Position numbers and translations under genes: made by a program. 64,000 nt of DNA from Candidatus Limnocylindria bacterium (GTDB taxonomy: Bacteria > Chloroflexota > Limnocylindria > P2-11E). The notes beneath the pieces are model-generated. The model searched no databases. It was given only the letters and a program-made list of their open reading frames with translations, and was not told the DNA's origin. Positions 38,933 to 48,772 of this stretch are shown piece by piece. The stretch lies in NCBI GenBank assembly GCA_046262615.1, contig JBHEML010000004.1, positions 5,596-69,595 of the forward strand, given 5' to 3'. How positions within the stretch are numbered: position 1 is the first letter of the stretch; each line of letters starts with the position of its first letter.

Positions 38933-40021
38933 GTGGCCACCCAGACCGATCCGCTCGCGCGACTGTCGCGGACGAGGTCCGTCGCCGCGCTCCGGATCCG
39001 CGAGCGGCACGAGGAGCTGGAGGCGCGGGAGCTCGCGGTCGCGGGAACGCGGTCGGCGGCGGCCGAGCGCGACGTCCCCGAGGATCCCTCGCCCACGCGC
39101 ACCGCGTTCGAGATCGACCGCGACCGCATCGTCCACAGCAAGGCCTTCCGCCGCACCAAACACAAGACGCAGGTGTTCCTCGCGCCCGTCGGCGACCACT
39201 ACCGCACGCGCCTCACGCACATCCTCGAGGTGAATCAGATCGGCCGCGCGATGGCGAGCGCGCTCCGCCTCAACGAGCACCTCGTGGAGGCGACCTCTCT
39301 CGGCCATGATATCGGCCACACCCCCTTCGGCCACGTGGGCGAGGAGCTGCTCGCGAGATTCCTCCCTGACGGCTTCCGGCACAACGAGCAGAGCGTGCGG
39401 ATCGTCGAAAAGCTCGAGAAGAACGGCCGAGGGTTGAACGTCACGCGACAGGTCCGCGACGGCATCCTCAAACACAGCGCCCCGACGGAGGGCGGCCTCG
39501 AGACCCCCGCGTGGGGAGTTCCCGCCACCGCGGAAGGGTGGGTCGTCCGTTTCGCCGACAAGATCGCCTACCTGCACCACGACACGGATGACGCGATGCG
39601 CGCGGGGATCATCGACGAGGAGGACATCCCGCGCGAGGTCCGGTCGGCGCTAGGCCACAGCCGCGCCGAGCGGCTGGACACGATGGTGTACGACGTCATC
39701 GTGAACTCGTACGAGCAGCACGAGGTGGCGATGAGCGCCGAGGTGCTCGAGGCGACCAACGCGCTGCGCGACTGGATGTTCGACAACGTGTATCTCGCCG
39801 GTCCCGCGAAAACCGAGGACACGAAGGCGCAGGGGGTCCTGTGGGATCTCCTCGAACACTTCGAGCGCTTCGCCGACCGGATGCCGGCGGAGCACCAGCG
39901 CATCGCGGCCGACGAGGGCGTCAAGCGCGCCGTGGCCGACTACGTCGCGGGTATGACCGACGGCTATGCGCTCGACATGTACGAGAGCCTGTTCATCCCG
40001 GCCGCGTGGAGCCGGCGCTGA
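38933..40021 (+). CDS. dgt: dGTPase-like HD-domain triphosphohydrolase
   Basis: RTAFEIDRDRIVHSKAFRR...RTRLTHILEV.QI.R...GHDIGHTPFGH. Synteny dgt-dnaG. Confidence 0.9.
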   Translation: MATQTDPLARLSRTRSVAALRIRERHEELEARELAVAGTRSAAAERDVPEDPSPTRTAFEIDRDRIVHSKAFRRTKHKTQVFLAPVGDHYRTRLTHILEVNQIGRAMASALRLNEHLVEATSLGHDIGHTPFGHVGEELLARFLPDGFRHNEQSVRIVEKLEKNGRGLNVTRQVRDGILKHSAPTEGGLETPAWGVPATAEGWVVRFADKIAYLHHDTDDAMRAGIIDEEDIPREVRSALGHSRAERLDTMVYDVIVNSYEQHEVAMSAEVLEATNALRDWMFDNVYLAGPAKTEDTKAQGVLWDLLEHFERFADRMPAEHQRIAADEGVKRAVADYVAGMTDGYALDMYESLFIPAAWSRR

Positions 40022-40032
40022 CGGGGGTCTGA

Positions 40033-41870
40033 CTGCCCGGGGACTTCGACCTTGTCAAGGAGCGGGTGGACCTGGTCCAGCTCGTGGGCGAGCGCGTGTC
40101 GCTGCGCAGGGCGGGGCACACTTTCAAGGGGCTGTGTCCCTTCCACGCCGAGAAGACGCCGTCGTTCACCGTCGATCCGGACCGCCGGACGTACAAGTGC
40201 TTCGGGTGCGGCGAGGGAGGCGACGCGTTCGACTGGATGATCAGGATGGAAGGTCTCGACAAGGCGGGCGCGCTGACCACGCTCGCCGAGCGGGCGGGCG
40301 TGGAGCTCACCCGGCGCACGGCCACAGAGGGCGAGCGCGAAAAGCGCCTCCGCAGCGCCCACGAGACGGCGCACTTCTACTTCCGTCAGGCGCTTCGCGG
40401 GACCGATCCGGGCAGGGCGGCCGCGGCGTACCTGGAACGACGCGGCATCGCGGCGAAGAGCGGCGAGGCGTTCGGTCTCGGCTACGCCCCCGAGCAGCGG
40501 GACGGACTCGTGTCGTACCTGCGCCGGAAGGGCTTCAGCGACGACGAGAGCCTTGGTGCGGGGCTGGCGGTGGCCACCGAGCGCAGCGGCCTGATGGACC
40601 GGTTCCGCGACCGGCTCATCGTCCCGATACGCGATGGCCGCGGCCGCATCATCGCGTTCGGGGGGCGCGCCATGCGGCCGGATCAGCCCGCGAAGTACAT
40701 CAACTCCCCGCAGACCCTGCTATTCAACAAGAGCGCCACGCTGTACGCGCTCGACGCGGCCCGGGCGGCCATCCGCCGCGCCGGGCGGGCGGTGATCGTC
40801 GAGGGCTACTTCGACGCGATCGTCGCGCACCAGGAAGGTTTCGACACCGTCGTGGCGTCGATGGGCACCGCACTCACGGAGGATCAGTACCGGGTCCTCG
40901 AGGCCATGAAGATCGAGAGGGCGGTGGTCGCCTTCGACGCCGACGAGGCCGGGAGCCGGTCCGCGGAGTCGCGCGGCCGCGAGCTCGCACGTGTCGCGCG
41001 GCGGGCCAGCCAGCGCGCCGGGCGGGGCGCTCTCTCAGCCCGCACCGGGCTCGGCGTGTACGTCGCGCTCCTGCCTGGTGGGGACCCCGACGAGCTGATC
41101 CGGCAAGATCGTGACGCCTTCGCCGCGGTGATCGAGGCGGCGAAGCCGGCCCTCGAGTTCGTCATCGAGCGGACGGCCGGCCGCCACGACCTCGGCGGCC
41201 CGGACGGCCGGCGGCGTTTCCTGGCGGAGGCGCTGCCGCTGCTCGCCGACGAGCCCGACGCGCTGACACGGGAGCTGTACCTCGGCATGCTGTCGCGGCT
41301 GACGGGCGTCGAGCAGGATGCCCTCCGCCGGAGCGCTGCCGCGGATCCTGCGGGCGGCGATCGCCCGGCGCGCCGGGCGCCTCAGGCGGGCTCGCCGGAG
41401 GCGGGCGTCCCCGCCCCGATGAAACAAATCGCTGTCGCGGAGCGTTACCTGATGGCACTATTAGCGCAGTTCCCGGAGGAAGCGGAGCGCGTCGAGCTGG
41501 CACCAGACGACCTGACCGACCCGGAGCACAGGGAGATCTTCGAGCTGCTGCGAGCGGGTGAACGTCCAAGTGCTGGCTTTCCTGCCGAGTTGGCCGGTGC
41601 CCTCCAGGCCGCGTCCAGCGGGGCCGTGGAGGCGTCGGGCATCGACCCGGAGCAGGCCGCGCTGGCGATCGGCACGGCAGCGCTGCGCCTGCGGGAACGG
41701 AACCTGCGGCACCGGCTGTCGGTGGCGCGGGCATCGCTGGCGCGCGACACCGGCGAAACGGACGCTGTCGACACCGAGGTCGCCCGCCTGGGCGAGGAGC
41801 TCGACGCGCTGATGAGAGCGCGCGAGCGGCGGGGACGCCGCGCCGGGAATGAGGAACGGGAAGAGGATCG

Positions 41871-41874
<4 letters not shown>
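40033..41874 (+). CDS. dnaG: DNA primase. Probable CTG start; first canonical start is GTG 40066.
   Basis: Zinc ribbon [15 protein letters not shown]....[26 protein letters not shown]-terminal similarity ([15 protein letters not shown]) begins at the CTG directly after an in-frame TGA. Confidence 0.93.
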
Positions 41875-43531
<1,657 letters not shown>

Positions 43532-43532
<1 letters not shown>

Positions 43533-43726
43533 TGGTGGACCAGGGCGAGCTCGAGCGCCTCGGCTCGGCCCTGCGGCTGGCGGAATCCGCGCTGGAGGAG
43601 GCGCTCGAAGCGGCCGAGAACCTCGGAAGCTTCGACCGGCGCTTCGACGTGCCGCGCGCCATCGGCGGCGCGCAGCGGCTGATCGCTAACGCGAACGAGG
43701 CGGTGGACGCCGCGCGGGTCAGGTAG
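43532..43726 (+). CDS. small helical hypothetical protein (64 aa)
   Basis: GTG start overlapping the rpoD stop. High GC3. No recognisable family. Confidence 0.4.
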
Positions 43727-43758
43727 TCAGCGACCATAGGCCCGGCCTGCTGCCCTTC

Positions 43759-44265
43759 TCAGCGCGCGCCGCTGCGAGGGCGGCCGGCCGCCGGCCGAGG
43801 TGACCCGGTGGCGGCTGCGAGCCGCCACGGGGTGTCCGCGGGCAACGCTTCCCGAAGCAGCGGCTCCAGCGTGACGATGTAGCGCGCCAGCCGCGCGGCG
43901 ACTTCGTCCCGCACGCGTTCATCGAGAACGCGGAGCGGCACGCTCTCCCAGATCCGCGCCCATCCGCGATCCCACTCCTCCAGTCGCACGTCCGGCCCCA
44001 GGCCGCGGTGGATCGCGCGCTGGTGGCCGCGGAAGGCGCCGAGGAGCCGCTCGTTCGTGAGCGGGTCAGCCTCGAAGTGCAGGCCAAGCTCCAAGAGCGA
44101 CTGGCGCCGGCGGAGCCAGCACTCGTAGTGGAGCGCGCGGTTGCCGTACCAGAACTGCACCAGCGAGGAGCCCGCGCTCTGCCGCGGGCCAGACAGTGCC
44201 GCGGGCAACAGCGGCAGCAGCGCCGGCCCGACGCCGCCCAGAAAGGAACGCGAGGAGAGCGTCAC
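43759..44265 (-). CDS. hypothetical protein
   Basis: 168 aa, high GC3, downstream of the GNAT gene on the same strand. No confident family assignment. Confidence 0.55.
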   Translation of the reverse strand: MTLSSRSFLGGVGPALLPLLPAALSGPRQSAGSSLVQFWYGNRALHYECWLRRRQSLLELGLHFEADPLTNERLLGAFRGHQRAIHRGLGPDVRLEEWDRGWARIWESVPLRVLDERVRDEVAARLARYIVTLEPLLREALPADTPWRLAAATGSPRPAAGRPRSGAR

Positions 44266-44281
44266 GCGCCGCGTATCCCGG

Positions 44282-45178
44282 TCAGAGGATGATCGGTGGG
44301 CTGAAGGCGATGAACCGGTCGAATCGCCCGAACGGTGAGCTCGACATCAGGACGTTCACCCAGGGATCGATGCGAAAGCGACGGCCGAGCAGGTGCCGGA
44401 CGGCCACGGAGTTGGGCGCCGGAACCTCGAGCTCGAGCCGGTCGAGACCCATGCTCGCGGCGCGACTCTCTACATGCAGCAGGATCTGGGGCAGGTCATT
44501 CGGATCCAGCGCCGCGACGGGACCCGCGCCCGCCCGGCCCACGAAGGCAAAACCGATCGCGGCGCCGTCGCGCAGGTAGAGGTGACCCTCGCGCCCGGAC
44601 AGGAGCCACTGGATCTCGTCTTCTCCGCGTTCGAAGCCGATCACGGCGCGCTCGATGTTCCCGATCGCCGAGATGTGCGCGGCGTCGCCGGCGATCTCGG
44701 TGGACCGCAGGTCACCGGGATCCGTGCGCGCGGGAGCACCGCCCATCGTGAGGATCGGGAAGCGCGCCACGGTGTCGGATCCGTAGTACAGCGCGAGCGC
44801 CCGGACGTCGGTCGTCGCGATGATGACCCGCACCTCACCGCGCCGGAGTGGAAAGGCGCGCTCGAGCAGCGTGCGGCCGACCCCACCCGACTGCAGTCCG
44901 GGACGGACGAAGAACTCGGTCAGCTCGAACAGGCCGCCGCGCTCGACCGAGCGCGCGAAACCGATGAGCTCCCGCGTGTCGCGCTCCTGGGCGACCCACC
45001 ACTCGGCGGCGTGTTCCGCCAGACGCTGGTAGAGCGCCTGGAACGAACGCCACGCCTCATCCGCGCTCACCGGCACGGGCGTCCCGCGGCGCTGGCCGAG
45101 GTCCAGCACCGCCTCCCACAGGAGGTCGTGGCAGGCTCTGGTGTCGTCCGGCGTTCCCCGGCGGAGCACGGCACCCAT
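44282..45178 (-). CDS. GNAT-family N-acetyltransferase (two-domain)
   Basis: ATG 45178 with GGAGG RBS. ...VRPGLQSGGVGRTLLERA (acetyl-CoA loop Q/RxxGxG). The track start at 45316 would overlap the upstream gene. Confidence 0.75.
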   Translation of the reverse strand: MGAVLRRGTPDDTRACHDLLWEAVLDLGQRRGTPVPVSADEAWRSFQALYQRLAEHAAEWWVAQERDTRELIGFARSVERGGLFELTEFFVRPGLQSGGVGRTLLERAFPLRRGEVRVIIATTDVRALALYYGSDTVARFPILTMGGAPARTDPGDLRSTEIAGDAAHISAIGNIERAVIGFERGEDEIQWLLSGREGHLYLRDGAAIGFAFVGRAGAGPVAALDPNDLPQILLHVESRAASMGLDRLELEVPAPNSVAVRHLLGRRFRIDPWVNVLMSSSPFGRFDRFIAFSPPIIL

Positions 45179-45201
45179 GCCCGCCTCCGGAGTGTCGGGA
45201 A

Positions 45202-45525
45202 CTAGCCGACCGACGCCGCGTGCTCCAGCCAGTAGACGGCCGCGAACAGCAAAGCCGCGGCGGCGCCCTGGGCCGCCAGCACCGTCAGCGTCAGCCGCGG
45301 CGCCTGCGGGAGCCATCTCACGGCGAAATACGCCATGACCACGAGCTGCACCGGCATGAGCAGCTGGAAGAGATGCGCCTCCGTCCCTTCATCGGGCTCG
45401 ATGGCGGTCCCGTGCAGGATGACGTGGCGCACGAAGAGAACGACCAGGAGGGCCGATATCGTCAGCGGAAGCCAGGCGCTCCACTCCGCGAGCGGGGACG
45501 ACCGTCCCGGCATCGCCTTCTCCAT
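45202..45525 (-). CDS. small membrane protein, function unknown
   Basis: MEKAMPG... followed by three hydrophobic helices. High GC3. Confidence 0.5.
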   Translation of the reverse strand: MEKAMPGRSSPLAEWSAWLPLTISALLVVLFVRHVILHGTAIEPDEGTEAHLFQLLMPVQLVVMAYFAVRWLPQAPRLTLTVLAAQGAAAALLFAAVYWLEHAASVG

Positions 45526-45769
45526 CGCTCGAGATGCTATGCGGAGCACACCGTCACGCTCACGGTGGGGGCGGGATCGCGGCTGCCGCAAATGGACGCG
45601 TACAGCGATATGTCGCGCGCTTCTTCGGCTCGCACGATCTTCGGTTCCATGAACGCTCCGTTCGCGGCCGCGGTCGGACTCGTGACAGTAGAATGGCCGC
45701 TCGGAGCGGACACTCGGAGCGGCACGACGGTCGTGCGGAGAGAGCAGGTGAGGTAAGCTCCGCTAACGT

Positions 45770-46043
45770 TCCTCGGTAGCTCAGCGGTAGAGCAGGCGGC
45801 TGTCGATGGCAGCCCTCTGGGGAAACCCAGGGGTGTAACTGGGTGAATTGACGGGAACCCTAAAGCGCGCAAGCGCCATGGCGATCCGCAGCCAAGCCCG
45901 GAGAAACGCTCCGGGAAGGTTCAGAGACTATGCGCCCGGCACCTAAGACCGCACGGGTGATGGTGAAGAGATAGTCCGTGCCCGGGGGAAATCCCGGGGT
46001 TCATGTAACCGCTTGGTCGGAGGTTCGAATCCTCCCCGAGGAG
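45770..46043 (+). tRNA. tRNA-Asn (anticodon GUU) interrupted by a group I intron. Exons are 45770-45803 and 46006-46043.
   Basis: Joined exons give a perfect 72-nt cloverleaf: acceptor UCCUCGG/CCGAGGA, D-arm GCUC-AGCGGUA-GAGC, anticodon stem GGCGG/CCGCU, loop CU-GUU-AA, T-arm GGAGG-UUCGAAU-CCUCC, discriminator G73. CCA not encoded. Confidence 0.9.
45804..46005 (+). ncRNA. group I intron (small IC3/Azoarcus-like, ORF-less, 202 nt)
   Basis: 5' exon ends in U paired to G (P1 GGCUGU 45798-803 / GCAGCC 45809-14). Last intron nt is G (46005). P2-P9 can all be drawn. Core CAGAGACUA (45922-30) pairs with UAGUC (45972-76). Confidence 0.88.
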
Positions 46044-46046
46044 CAC

Positions 46047-46078
46047 GATCGGCACGCACGGGCGTGCCGATCACTTTC
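46047..46078 (+). terminator. hairpin after tRNA-Asn (candidate intrinsic terminator)
   Basis: Perfect 11-bp stem GATCGGCACGC/GCGTGCCGATC with 4-nt loop (46047-46072), followed by ACTTTCG. The U-tract is short. Confidence 0.4.
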
Positions 46079-46085
46079 GATGTGA

Positions 46086-46703
46086 ATGAATGACCTGAGC
46101 GCCGCCGAGATGCGCCTTCTCCGGCAGATGCGCACTCCGGAGCGGGTCCAGGAGTACCTCGACGGGCTGACCTACAACGTCGAGACGCATGGCGAGACGC
46201 TGCGGTCGCCGCGCCGCGTCATGCGCGATCGCACGGCGCACTGCGCGGAGGGTGCATTCCTCGCGGCGGCCGCGTTCCGCGTGCACGGCAGGTCTCCGCT
46301 GCTGGTCGATCTCGAGTCGATCCGTGACGACGACCACGTGCTGGCCGTCTTCCGCGAACGGGGCAAATGGGGCGCGGTCGCGACCTCGAAGTTCGCCGGT
46401 CTTCGCTACCGTGCTCCCGTCTACCGCACCTTGCGCGAGCTGGTGATGTCGTACTTCGAGCAGTACTACAACTGGGACGGCGAGCGGACGCTTCGCGCCT
46501 ACTCGCGAGCGGTCTCGCTCGCGCGTTTCGACCGCATCGGCTGGATGACCGCCGAGGACGACCTCTGGCCGATCGTCGAGCACCTCGAACGCATCCCGCA
46601 CATCCCGTTGATGGACGGCGCCAGCGCGCGGCGCCTGCCTCGCCTCGATGCGCGTTCGTACCGCTCGGGCCTGGTGGGTGCGCCCCGAGCAGGACACCAC
46701 TGA
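46086..46703 (+). CDS. hypothetical protein, possibly transglutaminase-like/papain-fold (Cys...His pattern)
   Basis: TAHCAEGAFLAAAAFRVHG...DDDHVLAVFRERGKWGAVATS resembles the Cys and His/Asp segments of transglutaminase-like folds. Pattern-level inference only. Confidence 0.55.
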   Translation: MNDLSAAEMRLLRQMRTPERVQEYLDGLTYNVETHGETLRSPRRVMRDRTAHCAEGAFLAAAAFRVHGRSPLLVDLESIRDDDHVLAVFRERGKWGAVATSKFAGLRYRAPVYRTLRELVMSYFEQYYNWDGERTLRAYSRAVSLARFDRIGWMTAEDDLWPIVEHLERIPHIPLMDGASARRLPRLDARSYRSGLVGAPRAGHH

Positions 46704-46782
46704 GCTGCGCGACGCTCGACGCGCGGCAGGCTCGTCTGTTACGTTCGCGGCCGCGCACAGCGATCGCGGAGGAGGGGCGCGC

Positions 46783-47343
46783 ATGCTTCGTACGATCGCG
46801 GTCGTCGAGGACAGGCCGTGGTTGATGCTCGCTCTGATCTTCGCTGCCACGCTCGTCTTCGGGTTCGTGATCCAGGCCGCCGGCAGCGCGTACCTCCGCT
46901 GGACGGCCGACCCGATCGCCCTGAAATACCGGACGACGCTGTCGTACACCTCGGCGATCGTCGGCGACGCAGTGCTGCTCCCGCTCGCGAACGTCTTCAT
47001 CGCCAGCCAGCTCGCGCTGTGGCGGCGCCGCCCGCGGGTCGCTGAGCTCGCGGGGGCTCTGCTCGCGGGGGCGACGCTGACTGTCGCGGTGCACCTGTAC
47101 CAGGCGGCGAACGCCCTCCTGAACTGGACGATGCTGGCCCCGTACTCTTGGACTCCTCTCGGCTATCTCCATGCGGGGTTCATGTGGGCGGAGCTGTCGC
47201 TGGTGGTCTTCTTCTGGGGCCAGGTCGCGCTGGTCGCCAAGGAACAGCCGCGGGCGATCTTCTCGCACCGCATCCTCATGGTCGTGCTCTGCAGCGTCGT
47301 CTTCCTGCGGCTGCTGCTGCGCGACTACGGATACTTCGCTTAG
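46783..47343 (+). CDS. polytopic membrane protein, function unknown
   Basis: ATG 46783 with GGAGGAGG RBS. 5-6 TM helices. The track ORF from 46648 is over-extended. Confidence 0.6.
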   Translation: MLRTIAVVEDRPWLMLALIFAATLVFGFVIQAAGSAYLRWTADPIALKYRTTLSYTSAIVGDAVLLPLANVFIASQLALWRRRPRVAELAGALLAGATLTVAVHLYQAANALLNWTMLAPYSWTPLGYLHAGFMWAELSLVVFFWGQVALVAKEQPRAIFSHRILMVVLCSVVFLRLLLRDYGYFA

Positions 47344-47359
47344 GCATCGACCGCGCGGC

Positions 47360-48772
47360 TCAGCGCTCGAAGATCTTCCCCGGATTCATGATGTGCTGCG
47401 GGTCGAGCGCGTCCTTCACGCGCTGCATGACGTCGAGCGAAGCGCCGTGCTCCGCCCGCATGTAGCGTTGCCGGACCGCACCGGTGCCGTGTTCACCGGT
47501 CACCGTGCCGCCGACCTCCAGCGCGAGCTCGTGCAGGCGGTGCGCGAATGTGTCGGCGCGCCGCACCTCGTCCGGATCGTGCGGATCGATGAGGATCGCC
47601 GAGTGCACGTTCCCGTCGCCGAAGTGGCCGTAGAACAGCACCGCGATACCGGCGTCGGCCGCGAGCTCGCGCGCGCGGCGGATCGTCTCGGGGATGGCCG
47701 TCAGCGGCACCGCGAGATCCTCGCCCGCGAAGATGCGGTGTTTGTCCGGATGCGCGAGCGCCGCCGCCGCGGCCAATCCGCTGCGGGCGGCCCATAGCCG
47801 CGCGACCTCCTCCTCGGTCTCGGCGGAGGTCGTGACCGTGGCGCGCCGACGGAGGATCCCGTCGACGTGTCTAGCCGCCGCATCCACGGAGTCCGCGGTC
47901 CCCTCCACCTCGACGAAGAGCACGGCCTCGCCGTCCGGCAGCCCCAGCTGCGGGCGGTACAGGCGGATGGCTTCGGCGGCGCTGCGATCGAGCAGCTCGG
48001 CGGTCGCGGGCAGGATCCCCGCCGCGAAGAGATCGTCCAGCGAGCCAACGGTGTCCTCGAGCGTCGCGTACGCGGCAAGCACGACCGCCCGCGCCGCGGG
48101 GCGCGGCTGCACACGGAGCCGAAGACGCGTTGCGATCCCGAGAGTGCCCTCCGAACCGACGAACAGCTTTGTCAGGTCGATGCCGCTCGACGACTTCAGC
48201 GCCTTCGACCGCTGCCCTCCCGTGACGATCACGGAGCCATCGGCGAGGACCACCTCGACGCCCAGGACATACGCCGACGTCGTGCCCCAGCGCACGGCGT
48301 GTGGCCCGCTCGCGTTGTTCGCCACCATGCCGCCGAGCGTGCACGCCCGTCCACTGCCGGGATCCGGCGGAAAGAACAGCCCGCGCGACGCGAGAGCGGC
48401 CTGGAAGTCCGCGAACACAAGTCCCGGTTGCACGGTCGCTTGCAGGTTGCGCCGGTCGATCTCGAGGATGCGGCGCATCCGCGCGAACGAGATGACGATG
48501 CCTCCCTGTGCCGGGACGGCCCCGCCCGTTTGACCCGTTCCGCCGCCGCGGGGCACGACCGGCGTTGCCGTGGCGGCCGCGACCCGCACGGTGGCCGCCA
48601 CCTCCTCGGTCGTCTCCGGAACGACCACGACATCGGGCAGCCGCAGCTGGCGCAGCGACCAGAACGAGGCGTCGTACGCGTAGGGGAGGATGGTGGAAGC
48701 GTCGTCCAGGACGCGATCCTCCGGAAGCACCTCGCGCAGGCGCGCCCCGAGCGACGCGGTGACCGCCGGCAT
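47360..48772 (-). CDS. FAD-linked oxidase (GlcD / D-lactate dehydrogenase family)
   Basis: FAD_binding_4 segment PRGGGTGQTGGAVP. C-terminus GEHGTG..R..YM...MQRVK.ALDP..IMNPGKIF. Confidence 0.9.
   Translation of the reverse strand: MPAVTASLGARLREVLPEDRVLDDASTILPYAYDASFWSLRQLRLPDVVVVPETTEEVAATVRVAAATATPVVPRGGGTGQTGGAVPAQGGIVISFARMRRILEIDRRNLQATVQPGLVFADFQAALASRGLFFPPDPGSGRACTLGGMVANNASGPHAVRWGTTSAYVLGVEVVLADGSVIVTGGQRSKALKSSSGIDLTKLFVGSEGTLGIATRLRLRVQPRPAARAVVLAAYATLEDTVGSLDDLFAAGILPATAELLDRSAAEAIRLYRPQLGLPDGEAVLFVEVEGTADSVDAAARHVDGILRRRATVTTSAETEEEVARLWAARSGLAAAAALAHPDKHRIFAGEDLAVPLTAIPETIRRARELAADAGIAVLFYGHFGDGNVHSAILIDPHDPDEVRRADTFAHRLHELALEVGGTVTGEHGTGAVRQRYMRAEHGASLDVMQRVKDALDPQHIMNPGKIFER

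Noticed and set aside
45804-46005. The 202-nt insert in tRNA-Asn as an IS/MITE insertion, group II intron fragment or archaeal-type bulge-helix-bulge intron
   Set aside because: It has no terminal inverted repeats or target-site duplication. It is too small, and lacks domain V/VI features, for a group II intron. There is no BHB motif at the junctions. The P1 U.G pair, terminal G and P3-P9 core fit a group I intron.
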